64,000 nucleotides of DNA from Amoebophrya sp. A120. Taxonomy: Eukaryota > Protista > Dinoflagellata. A program made the translations under genes and the position numbers. The notes under the pieces were generated by a model that worked only from the letters and a program-made list of their open reading frames with translations, was not told where the DNA came from and made no database searches. Location: positions 10,259,432 through 10,323,431 of the forward strand of contig CAJINV010000001.1 in NCBI GenBank assembly GCA_905178155.1, given 5' to 3'. Below are positions 26,680-37,660 of the stretch, in pieces (the stretch's first letter is position 1; each line of letters starts with the position of its first letter).

Positions 26680-27245
26680 TATGGCATTCTTCAAATCAAC
26701 AATCGGCACGCCTCTGGGCGATAGCACGAAAGAAAGCAACTACTTGTTGGATATTTGTTTGGCTTGTTGTGTTACCTTGTGGCCTTGTCTAGCCTGGTTC
26801 CTTTCTATAATATAAGAATAAATAAAAATATCGTAGTTCATCAGACTACCCAAAAGTGAAATCAATTGCGCTCCTCAAAACAAATAGAAGGTCATTGTTG
26901 GTAGCTCTTGTTGGATCAAACGCCTCCTAAAATGTCATCACCGAGCGATTACTGGATGTGAGGCAAAGTATTTGCAAGTCAAATTCACGCCCGGAGGGAA
27001 GCGAAGGAAGAAGATTAGATCTAGATCATTCGTGCCTCACCCTCAGGTTTGCATCTGCGTCCCACACATTCTCCGAAGATCTGTAGGAACAATCGACACA
27101 CAGCAAGATTAGCTGATCTTCGGATTCTAATTTTATTCCTGCGGGCGTGCGAGTGCGTCTTGACCTTGAGTGTACTTCAATATACAACTTCTATTGCACT
27201 TTTCCGTGATATTTTCTTCGTCCGCAGGCCAGGAGCAGGACCAAG

Positions 27246-28874
27246 ATGGACGGACTCGCAGACATGTTGCGTTCGCAAGGTTTTGACCCAGGCTCTCTCC
27301 CTGAAGACGATTATGATGAGTTTGGAAACGACAGCTTTCGCGGCGACAAAACAGATGCTGCTACGTCACCGCCTGCCGCAAGCTCTTTTCTCCGGGGGTT
27401 GAAGAAGGATGGTTTAGCTCAGAGGATGTTTCAAGAAAAGAAGCTTCCCCGGGAAAGTTATGTAGAGATCCACGACCTGGTTGCCAAGGCTGAATTGAAT
27501 GGACTCGTGGGGCAGATTCGTGGGTTTGTCAAGGACAAAGAACGCTACGCGGTGGACGTGGACCCGAATAGTGCTGCAAACGTCGCGGTGTTAGAAGAAC
27601 ACAAGGCGACTGCTGGTGCGACATCAACGGCAACAGGCTCCTCCTCCAGCAGCAACGCATCTTCTGCCACGACAGCAGAGAGCACATCGGCGGCGGCGCC
27701 ACCTCTCAGTTTCTCTTCCACGTCCCGGTTTTTGCTTCAGCGGAAGAACCTGGTGCCGATCGAAATGGATCTGGAGCGTTGGACCAGAAAAAAGCTACGA
27801 AAACGTGACCACGTCGATGAGAGTAAAAACAAGAACGCTGCAACCTCTGGTCCCGGAGCTCCTCCGGGGGTTCATCAGGAAGATGATGACGAAAGCGAGA
27901 CGAGCGAATCAGAAGCGGACTCTGACGGATCCCTCTGCGCATCCAAAATTCCTACGCATGAGCGTCGGAAAGAACGCCGTCGCGCGCGGAACGTGAAGAA
28001 GTACCCCTTTATGGCGAATATGCAGGTTCACGGAGTTCCCAAGGACCACGAGGAGAACCCCGCGTACAAGTATCCAAAAACAGGTAGCCGGCCCGTCCTG
28101 GTCATTGCCGGCGTCGGGCACGTTGACAAGGACGATGGAAGCAACTTCACCCTGAATTCCATCCTGCATAAAGAGAGCGCCAAATGGAAGCAGTGGGGCT
28201 GCCGCTTTTTGTCGTTCAAGCAGGGGAACAGCCATGCCGCATCTGAAAAAATCCAAGAGGCCATTCAATCTGGGCAGTACGGAAGCATTTTGATTGGGGA
28301 TTTGTCGGCCAGCGGAGACTATGCGTCCCTGCAGAGGTTCGTGGACCATCTCGGGCCCGCGCTCGGGAGCTTTGTGCGCGAGTTGGGGGGTAGTGTTGCT
28401 TTCACGACCAGCACTGGAGATGTGATCATGAGCGAAGTGTTCCCGAAACTGTGGCCGGAGATCGGATGGAAGATGAGTGCGTACTACCGGGCGACGCACT
28501 GCGCGGTGCAGCGAAACCGCAACAACGTGGCGCGGATCTTCCCCGGCGCGGAGGACTGGAAATTCTCGGTCAAGGGCAATATGCTCGAGGACGTGCCGGA
28601 GAATGAGATGTATTTCGCAACGAGCCAAGAGATGAAGATGTTTCGGTACCTCAGTGACGACTACGACGCGGAGCGCGACCCGGACGAGCACCGGCGGAAT
28701 GCCATTGTCGCCGTGAAGCAGTTTCCGCTCGTCTCCGAGAAGAACAGGACCGGGTGTGGAGGGAAAGTGGCCTACTTCGGTGACATCAACGGCCAGGCGG
28801 AGACGGCTCACTTGGTCGTCAAGTTTCTCGAAACCCATGCGATCGCCACAGAGGAAATGGGCTACAGGATCTGA
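27246..28874 (+). CDS. Hypothetical protein, tandem paralogue 1
   Basis: 542-aa intronless ORF. Shares YVEIH.L....ELNGLVGQIRG.VK.K.RYAV and a ~270-aa C-terminal domain (NPAYKYPKTG...GKVAYFGDING) with 29555-31609. Confidence 0.85.
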   Translation: MDGLADMLRSQGFDPGSLPEDDYDEFGNDSFRGDKTDAATSPPAASSFLRGLKKDGLAQRMFQEKKLPRESYVEIHDLVAKAELNGLVGQIRGFVKDKERYAVDVDPNSAANVAVLEEHKATAGATSTATGSSSSSNASSATTAESTSAAAPPLSFSSTSRFLLQRKNLVPIEMDLERWTRKKLRKRDHVDESKNKNAATSGPGAPPGVHQEDDDESETSESEADSDGSLCASKIPTHERRKERRRARNVKKYPFMANMQVHGVPKDHEENPAYKYPKTGSRPVLVIAGVGHVDKDDGSNFTLNSILHKESAKWKQWGCRFLSFKQGNSHAASEKIQEAIQSGQYGSILIGDLSASGDYASLQRFVDHLGPALGSFVRELGGSVAFTTSTGDVIMSEVFPKLWPEIGWKMSAYYRATHCAVQRNRNNVARIFPGAEDWKFSVKGNMLEDVPENEMYFATSQEMKMFRYLSDDYDAERDPDEHRRNAIVAVKQFPLVSEKNRTGCGGKVAYFGDINGQAETAHLVVKFLETHAIATEEMGYRI

Positions 28875-28966
28875 TGAACATGGAGATGGATGTCGAGTTT
28901 CTTGCCGAGTGCTACCTACATATTTTGGAATAATTATCAAGAACTACTACTACTCGTCATTTTCGG

Positions 28967-29027
28967 CGACCTTGCCGAATCCTAGATTCGTCAGGATAGG
29001 ATGATCAACTCACTTTCGGGCGACTAG
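28967..29027. promoter_or_regulatory. Second copy of the conserved hairpin element, upstream of paralogue 2
   Basis: Matches 26624-26679 apart from a 5-nt AGGAT duplication and 2 substitutions. ~590 nt upstream of 29555. Confidence 0.4.
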
Positions 29028-29554
29028 CAATACAGCACGAGAATAAAAAAAAACAAAAAAGGGGTTCAGAGCTGCAAGCTCGTGCTAGTACCACGCAGGA
29101 GACCGCTGAAATGGTGATCTTGTCCTGCTCTTAATTACGGGACTGTACTTCTGTTCCCAATTGCGAATGACGACGGTCTCAAGCAATAAGCTTAAGGTGC
29201 AAGCTTTTGAACGCGGTTGATCTTGTTGATGTATCCCGGATCCTTGATTACGATCTCTCTGGTGCTTGTGGATTTTCGGAGCATCAACTACATGAAGCAC
29301 AGGTAACGCTTTCGTGTGTTTGTTTCTTCCGACGTGCAGCAGTACAAGTACTGAAGATCAAGATCTTTAGCGACGTCGCGGACACGAAAGTGCCATCTTT
29401 TCACCTGCTCATCAAGTGCGGATGACTTCTAAAGGATCTTCTACAAGATCAACGCTACGAAGATCACAGTCGTATCTCTCTGCAGCGCGAAGCATGCATT
29501 TTTGCCAATGAATTTGAAATTTCAACTTGTATTCCTTCAACGTCAATATGCCAT

Positions 29555-31609
29555 ATGGATAAAACAGGTCTCATCAGATATTCCGGTCGGGCATTTTTAT
29601 TCTGGTTGTGGTTGTCGAGTCGTAGTGATGCATTCATTGCAATCGCAATGTGGACCTATGTTTTCTATTTTGTGGCTTCCATCTTCGTACTTTTCTCTCT
29701 TTACGTTTTGCGGCTAGTGATCAAGGGTTTTAGTCTTATCGAAGAACACTTGCGCGACCCAAAGAATTCAAGGTTTACAAGGCACCACGAGGGAAACCAT
29801 ACGCCACGCAGTTGGGTGTGTCTGCATGACCCGGAGTATGGTCCCTCCAACGTAGATGCACTAGAAAAGTATTTTCCCACTCTGACCGACTGGGCAGAAA
29901 AGAGAGCGAGAAAGCACAGAAACGATTATCATAAAAGGAAGAACAACTACTCCACAATGCCGGACGCTCACGAGAAAAATCGCCCCGGACAAGCGACGAT
30001 TCTCACCGATGAAGAAGGGATCGAGGATCTCATGCGTGGCGACTTTTCGAAGTATCTGCCGAAGACGCAGGCACTGATTGACCAAGTCCGGAAGGAACAT
30101 GGGGGGAATGTACCGGGAACGGAAATTACGAGGCAAGCCCAGCAAGCGCCGGAAAAAAGTTGCAGCAATTCCTTTGCAAAAAACCTTTTTGCGGGGATGG
30201 CAACAGCTAGCAAACTCACAAAAGATACCTACGTGGAGATTCACAATCTGACGGGCAGGCCGGAGCTGAATGGGCTGGTAGGCCAAATTCGCGGGTACGT
30301 CAAGGAGAAGGATCGATACGCGGTGGAAATCGATCCCACCAGCAGTGCCAACGGTGCCGTGCTCATGCAGCGCCGTGTGGCGCAGACGTACGCGATCGGA
30401 GCCGCGCTTGACGCTGGCACGTTGAAAACCCCTGCGGATGTCGCTCCGCTGGATGCTCCACCAATCTCTTTTTCTTCGACTTCCCGCTTTTCGCTGCAAC
30501 GCAAGAACCTGGCTGAGATTGACATACCGTTGGAGAAATGGACGAAAAAGGCTACGCGGAAGTGGAAAAAACAGGTGATGAAAAATTCGACCAGTAGAAA
30601 AATGCAGGGCAAAACGTACGACAAGCGCTTCTACTCCAATTATCTCGACCCGGATGATGATGAAAGTCAAAGTTCCGACCAAGAGGATGAGACCAGTGAA
30701 AGTGGCGACGCTTCCGACGGTTCGCTGGCGGAGGCGAAAGTGCGGGACTACCCCGCAGCGCGCCGCAGAAACGGATTTTACAACACGTGCGAGGGCGAGC
30801 CGGGCGTGCTAAAAACGAACCCTGCGTACAAGTACCCGAAGACCGGAACGCGGCCGGTGTTGGTGCTCGCCGGCTTCGGGCAGTGCGATGACGTGGACGG
30901 GAGCAACTTCATGGTGAACGTGATTCTGAGCCAATTCGAGGAAAAGTGGAAAGAGTGGGGGTGCCGGTTCCTGTCCTTCAAACATGGGAAAAGCGGAAAA
31001 GCGGCGAGGAAAATCGTCGACGCAATCGAGTCTGGGGAGTACAAAAGCATCGTCATCGGCGATTTGTCCAGCTATTACGATGATGTGTTTGACAAGTTCA
31101 ACGAGTGTCTGGGGCCTTCCCTGCGGACCTTCGTGCTGGAGTTTGGTGGCAGCGTCGCATTTGTGTCGCACACGGGCGACTCCATGTTGCGCGACGTTCT
31201 GCTGGAAATTTACCCGGAAATTGGGTGGAGAAAGAGCTGTTATTACCGTGCGACGCACTGCGCGGTGCAGCGGAATCGCGAGAATGTCAAGCGACTGTTC
31301 CCCGGGGCGGAGGACGACAAGTTCTCGGTCAAGGGCAACATGCTCGGCAACGTGCCGGACAACGAAATCTACTTTGCGACGAGTCAGGACTTGAAATTGT
31401 TTCGAGGTGATGACTACGACGCGAGTAAGGATAAGGATGCGAATCGGCAGCACGCTATCGTGGCGGTCAAGCAATTCCCGGTTGTCGCGGGAAACAATAA
31501 GACCGCATGCGGGGGTAAGGTCGCGTACTTTGGAGACATCAACGGGGAAGCGGACCAGGGCGACCTAGTGGTCAGGTTTTTGGACACGCAAGCAATTGCG
31601 ACTGTCTGA
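29555..31609 (+). CDS. Hypothetical protein, tandem paralogue 2, with extra N-terminal TM segment
   Basis: 684-aa ORF with hydrophobic MWTYVFYFVASIFVLFSLYVL. Paralogous to 27246-28874. Confidence 0.85.
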   Translation: MDKTGLIRYSGRAFLFWLWLSSRSDAFIAIAMWTYVFYFVASIFVLFSLYVLRLVIKGFSLIEEHLRDPKNSRFTRHHEGNHTPRSWVCLHDPEYGPSNVDALEKYFPTLTDWAEKRARKHRNDYHKRKNNYSTMPDAHEKNRPGQATILTDEEGIEDLMRGDFSKYLPKTQALIDQVRKEHGGNVPGTEITRQAQQAPEKSCSNSFAKNLFAGMATASKLTKDTYVEIHNLTGRPELNGLVGQIRGYVKEKDRYAVEIDPTSSANGAVLMQRRVAQTYAIGAALDAGTLKTPADVAPLDAPPISFSSTSRFSLQRKNLAEIDIPLEKWTKKATRKWKKQVMKNSTSRKMQGKTYDKRFYSNYLDPDDDESQSSDQEDETSESGDASDGSLAEAKVRDYPAARRRNGFYNTCEGEPGVLKTNPAYKYPKTGTRPVLVLAGFGQCDDVDGSNFMVNVILSQFEEKWKEWGCRFLSFKHGKSGKAARKIVDAIESGEYKSIVIGDLSSYYDDVFDKFNECLGPSLRTFVLEFGGSVAFVSHTGDSMLRDVLLEIYPEIGWRKSCYYRATHCAVQRNRENVKRLFPGAEDDKFSVKGNMLGNVPDNEIYFATSQDLKLFRGDDYDASKDKDANRQHAIVAVKQFPVVAGNNKTACGGKVAYFGDINGEADQGDLVVRFLDTQAIATV

Positions 31610-32043
31610 GGTGGTGGAGATGTGTGAGAAGGCGGACCAGATATGATATGAAACAGGGTCCCGCATCATGTCTATGATTACGGGGACGACGATGTAGTTC
31701 GAAGATGAAAAAGCCGTTGAATCTGTTTCAAGTCCTAGGTCTTCACCACCATAAATATGGCTCCTCATCGCATGTGCCTGCCCTCGTCTGTGCGTAGCGG
31801 CAAAGCAATCTACTACGACTATGTTCATGTTTTCATTGTTTTGCGTTTTCCGCAAAAACCTAAAGAATTGCACTAGACACAGGCCTGCGCTCATCTATAA
31901 TCAGGATCAGCATGATTATGATAGACATTGAAATGTCGGTCAGTCTGAGCGACTTGATGACAAGACGGCTGGTGACGCAGAGTGCGTAAGGCGTGAAGTC
32001 TGATCGCGTTAAGTCTGCGAATGCCTTCTGAAGAATAGAAAAT

Positions 32044-35000
32044 ATGGCGGCGCCAAACAGCTCTACTATGAGTCTGCCTGCGGGCCCAGGTCTGCAGCGT
32101 CTCAATTCTGACGAGTCATTGCTGTTTTCCTACTCGTCACGCCCCATTCCCTCCGACGAGCTCATGGCCGCGAAGCCAGAGTATTCCCGCATAGTGTCAC
32201 CAGCAGAGGCCCAACAAGAAGGAAGCCCGAAGCCGCCCCCGACGTTGGTGAGTGTGAAAGTCCTTATTGACGAGTGCAAGATTATCACCCAGCACCAGGG
32301 CGAGATGCTGCAGTTTAAGGCCGTCTTTTGCTTCCACTGGACGGATGAGAGATTCAAGAACTTCCCGCTCGACCAGCCGATGCCTTCCGACGTGTGGCGA
32401 CCTGAGATTATGATGCAGGGGGAGATTGCATATGAAGAAAGAAATGAAGGAGACGACCCTGCCGACCTTCCACGACAAGGACAGACGCGATGGCGTATTG
32501 CAACTGGAACTCGAGTCCGATTCCTGCACAGTAGATCTCTTCCGCGATGACCCGGAAGCGCTGAAGACGTTCCCGTTCGACAGCTTCCGCTTCGACTTCG
32601 GCGCGTGCCTCGCCGGAGAAAAGCGGTTGGAGAACCAGGACGACATCCGTGTGCGGTTCGACAAGCAACACGCTGGGTACACGGACGACAAAACCAGCAA
32701 CCCGGATGATTTCGTGTTTCGGCCGACGCCGCGGAGTGGGGAGTTCGTTGTGGAGAGGATCAGTTACGGCATGTCCCTCTGCGTTATCAGCACACTGAGC
32801 AAGTGGAAAACGGCTTTGCCTATCGGATTCTTGTTGCCCTGCGGACCACTTTGAGGACCGGCAGGAGCTCCTCCGGAGGGTGCTGTAGAAGCTCCTGCTC
32901 CTGCAGATGTAGTACTAGCAGCTCCCCCGGTATCCAGGAAAAAAACTGCGTAAGTGTAACTGTGTAGGAAGAGCAGCATCACAAATTCGCTTTGCATTAC
33001 AGGGAAAACCTGTCATGCGTAGCTAGTACGTGGAAACACGTATGATAGTAGCCGATGACGCAATTCCAGCATGACAAGTGTAGTTGTTTTGCATTTTCTG
33101 CATCACAGATTTACACTTACACAGTTTTTTCTTGCATACCCGGTGACGCTTAGAAACTGGTAGCCGAGCTTTGTGGAGAAGTCCCGCTCTACCTCGGTTA
33201 AAGCGTATCAACGTGAAAAATACCCCCACACCAGAACTTCTTGGCAGCATTTGTATTGCAACCCTTTCCAATAGAAACACAAATATTCCCCGTCTTACTG
33301 CATAAGTCGGCATCACAAATTTCCATGCTGAATAGCTCAAATTTGTGTTGCAAAGGAGGCCAACAGCAGCCGGATCTGTTTTCCAAGAGATACTTTGCGC
33401 ACCTAGATTCTGCATCAGAAAGGCTCGTAGTCCTTTCATGCAAGACAAAAAGCTTTCATTTGTAAACTGTGCATGAGAAACTTTTGCAACTTCCGGGGTG
33501 GGGGCATTTTTCATTGTAATAAGTCGTTCCAGTCGTCTTCGTTCGATACCTTGTCCACGTTGTGCTTCAATCGCAGCAGCTGTTCCTGGTAGCTTTTCTT
33601 CTCCAAAATCACCTTCACGGCGTGCGTCTGGCTCTGCCGGTTCTGCATCGCGTGCAGTCTGTCGGCCGGCGTGGTCCCGGTCGACATTACTGCGTGATTA
33701 AAATTGCTGTAGTTCACCGCCCGCCCACTGCTGCTCAAGCTTCCACTAGTTCCAGGATGAGCTTGGTCCCTGTTGCTCGTCCCGCCCAGTTTGGAGCTCG
33801 GCCCAGCTCCAGCCAAATGGTTGCCGCCCCCTGTCAAACCTGCTGTCAGTCTTGACCCACGCGAAAGGATGTTGTTGTTGGTGGGCCGTCGAGGACGTCG
33901 CACCAGCAGAGCCACCAACGACCATCGCTGCGCCCGACGTTTCGCTTGAGTTTCCCCCGCCCTCATTGGAAGTCGAGAAAGCGGGGTGACTATCATCGTC
34001 ATCATCCTCATCACTTGTGTTTAACGAATCGAGCAAATTCGCCCGTCGGTTCTTGAACGAAGAAGAAGCTTTGCTGGTATTACTTTTTGTTCCACCTCCC
34101 CGAGCACCATCAGATGAATAAAACCTAGAGGAAAAGGAAGAGTTTACTCCGCCACCTATCCTGAGTAAAAACGTCCCCACAGCAGAGCCAAGTTCGGAAA
34201 TCTGCTAGACAAATCCACTAGCTTTGGTTGATTCGCATGACAGGCTTGCCCTCGTAGTGTCATCCTGTACATGTTTAGCTTGTTCAGATCAGCAGCATCA
34301 CAGATCTGGCATATAATGCTGTTTCTAGCATCACAAAGCCCAAAACACGACTAGAGACTGCTTCTCATGGGTCTCGGCATGAGAAACATTTTCAGCATGC
34401 AGATTTGCATTACAACTCTGGGGAGTTGGGGACGTTTTTACACAGGATACCACCTCCGGCTCCGTGATTGCTGTTGTTCCCGCGCATCACCACGTCTTCC
34501 CTATCACGCCGCGGAGTGGGGAGTTCGTCGTGGAGAGGATCAGTTACGGTAAGAGAGGGAATCAGACTAATAGAATGGAATCAGACTAATAGAATCAGAC
34601 TAAATGTAGAATCAAACTAATGGAATCAGACTAGAGGTAGAATCAGAATAGTAGAATCAGGATAGAGGATAGAATCAAGATACTAGCGTCAGAATTATGC
34701 ATGGAGTCTGTGCCCATAGTCGAATGTGCTCGCCGCGCATTTCTTTCTCTCTCGTCTGCATTGCACCCGTTGTCCCCCTGCGCTTTGGCCAGTCGTTTTC
34801 TCATAACTTCATCGCTCGGCTTTGCATGTTCGCTGCCGCGCATTTATTTGGGTTGAGATGGCCACGAGACTTCATTTGCATGCTGTGTATGCCTTCGAGT
34901 CGAACCACATTCAGACACAAGGGCGCAGGGTTCTGTTGTAATTCTCATCATAGTATATCTTGGTTGTGCATAAGTTGTGACTGGCGATCCGTTGCGGCCA

Positions 35001-36982
35001 CCGATCCCGGGTCGGCTTCTATCACAAGCGCCGGATCAACATGGTTTGTCGCTTCGCCTCCTCGTGATGTCACGGCTGGCAGTCCGGATGCGTGTTATGG
35101 ATGACGGCACGCTCTCGCAGGTACTACAGTTCTTGTTTTGTATCCCAGTACTTCGTTTGTGGTATGTCAGTTTAGACGGGTGCGCTAGTATGTTGAAGCG
35201 CAAGAGATGTATGCTCTAGCTACCTCGCACCACCACTCCCACCACGCCCACACACCGACGCGCATACGACTGGAAAGGCGACAGCAGGCTTCGATCTCAC
35301 GAGATAAGCAGTGGCGCACTGTTTAGCTTCATTGTCCAACGCACTACATGGCTTTCCTCGTTGTTGAAGCAACAGAGGCTCGAGATCCACGGTCGTTGAC
35401 ACAGATTCAGAATGTACACAGACAAAGCAATAGAGCGTAGATGGTTGGATCAGTGCCCCCACACCCATCTGTGTACGAATAACGACAGCCGAATGATCTT
35501 GCTCTTTGATTTGCCAAGAAGACGGCAGCCGTTTGCCTTTTGATGATCAAGATCGCCGCTTTTCTCTGTTTTTTGAACGAAAGTTTTTTGGGGCGAAAGA
35601 ATAGCCGAAGTGCACGTAGCTCCTGTCTGTGCTTTCGTCGATGTTTTTGAAAAACTCCCGAGTAGCCCCCGGTTGCGGCAGATTGCAAGACCATTTAATC
35701 CTGGGGATCGTTTCGCCCTCCCTTGATGAGCAAAATTTAAAACCACGAGCGCGATCGCGATCTTGTTGGAGCCTCCGCCCCCGCCCTCGCGATATCGCTG
35801 GGCAAGATCCGAGCTATTCGCCCGCCTGCTCGGACGGGCGACTAGCTCGGACACTCGAGCGCGTTGGCCCACATATAGTTCCACAACTTGGATGAATACA
35901 GGGCAGGCCCAAAACTTGGAGGAATACAGAATGAACGCGCGCAGCTAGTATTACACTTCGAAAGAGATAGGCTGGCTACATTCCTATTTGAAGAGCTGCA
36001 AGAAATGTTTTGGACTTTGCGAAGCCATGGGGGGCAGCATGGCGCTCAAAGAGACACTAACTCGCTCAAAGAGACACTAACTAAGCCGCGGAGTGGGGAG
36101 TTCGTTGTGGAGAGGATAAGTTACGGAATCGGCATGCACACCAGTCCGCGAACGGGATTGTCGTACGACGACGTGGTGTACTGTGTCCATTTGCAGCGGA
36201 ACGCAGCCTACTACATGTACAAGGGCGTCTTGCCGCTCTACGGAATCATGTTTTTGTCGAATCTGACCTTCTTCATCGACGTGGCCCTCCTGTCCGATCG
36301 GCTCGCGCTGATTTTCGGCATGTTTTTGACCGCGTTCGCTATTCAGTGGACGATCTTGGATCGGTTGCCTCGCGTGCCTTACCTGACGTTTTTGGATCGA
36401 TTGATCGCCGCGACCATCTTCGGGCTGATCCTAATGTCTTTGGGCAGCAGCTTGGCGCACAAGGTGCGGTATCCGAACGGAGCCGGAAGCAGCAGTGGAA
36501 GTTCAGCAGGTGGAACCTCCGACGTGGGGTCGGAGGATGCGCCGTTGTTTTTTCTCTCCGGAGTATCGCGCGAGGAGTTTTCGAACTTCCTGGACACGTT
36601 GTTCGTGTGTGTGGCGGACATCAGTTTCGTGCTGCTGCACGCCGTTGCGCACAGCGAGACGGTGACCACGACGCACGGCTCAAGTTCACTATTCCAGAAG
36701 GGTTTTGGCCTGGTCGGTGCTTGTTTTGGAAAGGTATGGAAGGGCGTATCTTTCGTTTTCAAGTTGTCGGGAACGACCCGTGGTGGTCAAGGCGTAGCGC
36801 TTGGCCAGCGCGGGAAGCGGCGGAGATTTAAGCAAGGCGGTCAGGGGTTTCACCGAGTCTGCAACCCTATGGAAGGCCACCTGTGGCGATTCGAAGACCT
36901 ACCAATGGACTTATACGATGAAAAAGGCGTGAAGAAGTCGTCCCTTGGGAAGGGGGTGCCTGTTAAAGCAGCGAACTTTTGA
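32044..36982 (+). CDS. Cys-less (Pro-loop) pentameric ligand-gated ion channel subunit, interrupted by 3.36 kb; possibly a pseudogene
   Basis: Motifs W-T-D-E-R, VWRPEI, FPFD, LQR..YY, M1-M3 (DRLALIFGMFLTAFAIQW...LPRVPYLTFLDR). +1 frame change near 32440. Insert between repeats at 32726 and 36085. Confidence 0.8.
32931..33138. mobile_element. TIR introner family C, TSD CCCGG
   Basis: TATCCAGGAAAAAAACTGCGTAAGTGTAA ... TTACACTTACACAGTTTTTTCTTGCATA. CCCGG at 32926-30 and 33139-43. Confidence 0.88.
33206..33521. mobile_element. Degenerate TIR introner with B-like termini
   Basis: TATCAACGTGAAAAATACCCCCACACCAGAA ... TTCCGGGGTGGGGGCATTTTTCATTGTAATA. TSD degenerate (AAGCG/AGTCG). Removing 321 nt keeps the minus-strand frame open. 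Confidence 0.7.
34157..34449. mobile_element. TIR introner family D, TSD CCACC
   Basis: TATCCTGAGTAAAAACGTCCCCA ... TGGGGACGTTTTTACACAGGATA. CCACC at 34152-56 and 34450-54. Confidence 0.9.
34559..34695. repeat. Degenerate (TA)GAATCAGACTAA microsatellite at the left end of the second insert
   Basis: About nine GAATCA-based units. Confidence 0.8.
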
Positions 36983-37660
36983 TCGGCTTGCTGCATATTG
37001 ATGGATGCATCGATACTTAAGGGATTATCTGGACCTTGAAATCGTTGAGCCAGCGGCAGCTCACGCATGCCTGTGGATAAACGAATTCGATTCGAAGAAA
37101 AAGAAAACTCTCCTGGAATTTTGAAGATGCATGCTTATTAGGACGAAAAGTGAGTGGGTACCCGTGCACTTTTTGGCCCGACAATTCTTGCGAACAAAGT
37201 TGCAGTATGTGATGATGTGCCGGTAAGTATTCACCGGCAAACAACGACGCAGTGATGTCAAGCAAGAAGCGATAGAACCATGTGTGCAAGCGTGGAGTAT
37301 TGGTTTTTGTCCAGGGTGCGCTTAGAGTGTTCTCTATTTCGTTTCCTCAGCGCGAGGTCGACTCAGTTTGTTCTGACTAGTAGATCTCTCACAAGTAGAA
37401 AGTTCAAAAATGCACCATCGTCGCTGTTTAGTATTTCACTTCCAGTTCCTGTTTTTCTGAACGCTATCAACTACCCCTTCGTGAAATGATCATTGGCTTT
37501 CTTTTCTAGTTTTTCGCAACTACTAGCGATTATTCTTCTCTCTACCTTTAAGTATTTTTTTGGGCCATTTAGGTCTCGCGGAACATGATCGTATTTTCGA
37601 GGAAGAAGCCACGTGATATGTTGTAGTACCACTCCTGAAAGCTTCGTCAGACGACTGAAG

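Larger units (their letters stand above)
32770..34505 (-). pseudogene. Captured antisense fragment of an unrelated gene carrying three TIR-introners
   Basis: On the minus strand, removing the three elements links DREDVVMRGNNSNHGAGGGGVNSSF..., ...EDDWNDLTEVERDFSTKLGYQFLSVTGGAAST... and ...LITQRDMP. One frameshift near 33870. Confidence 0.7.
32726..36126 (+). repeat. Triplicated 42-44 bp exonic direct repeat flanking two unrelated inserts
   Basis: GCCGCGGAGTGGGGAGTTCGTYGTGGAGAGGATMAGTTACGG at 32726-69, 34506-49 and 36085-126. Confidence 0.95.

Noticed and set aside
27909-31474. Long minus-strand ORFs (343, 273, 221 aa), and similar ones at 50.8-55.3 kb and 62.8-63.9 kb
   Set aside because: Antisense shadows of GC3-rich + strand genes with no recognisable motifs.
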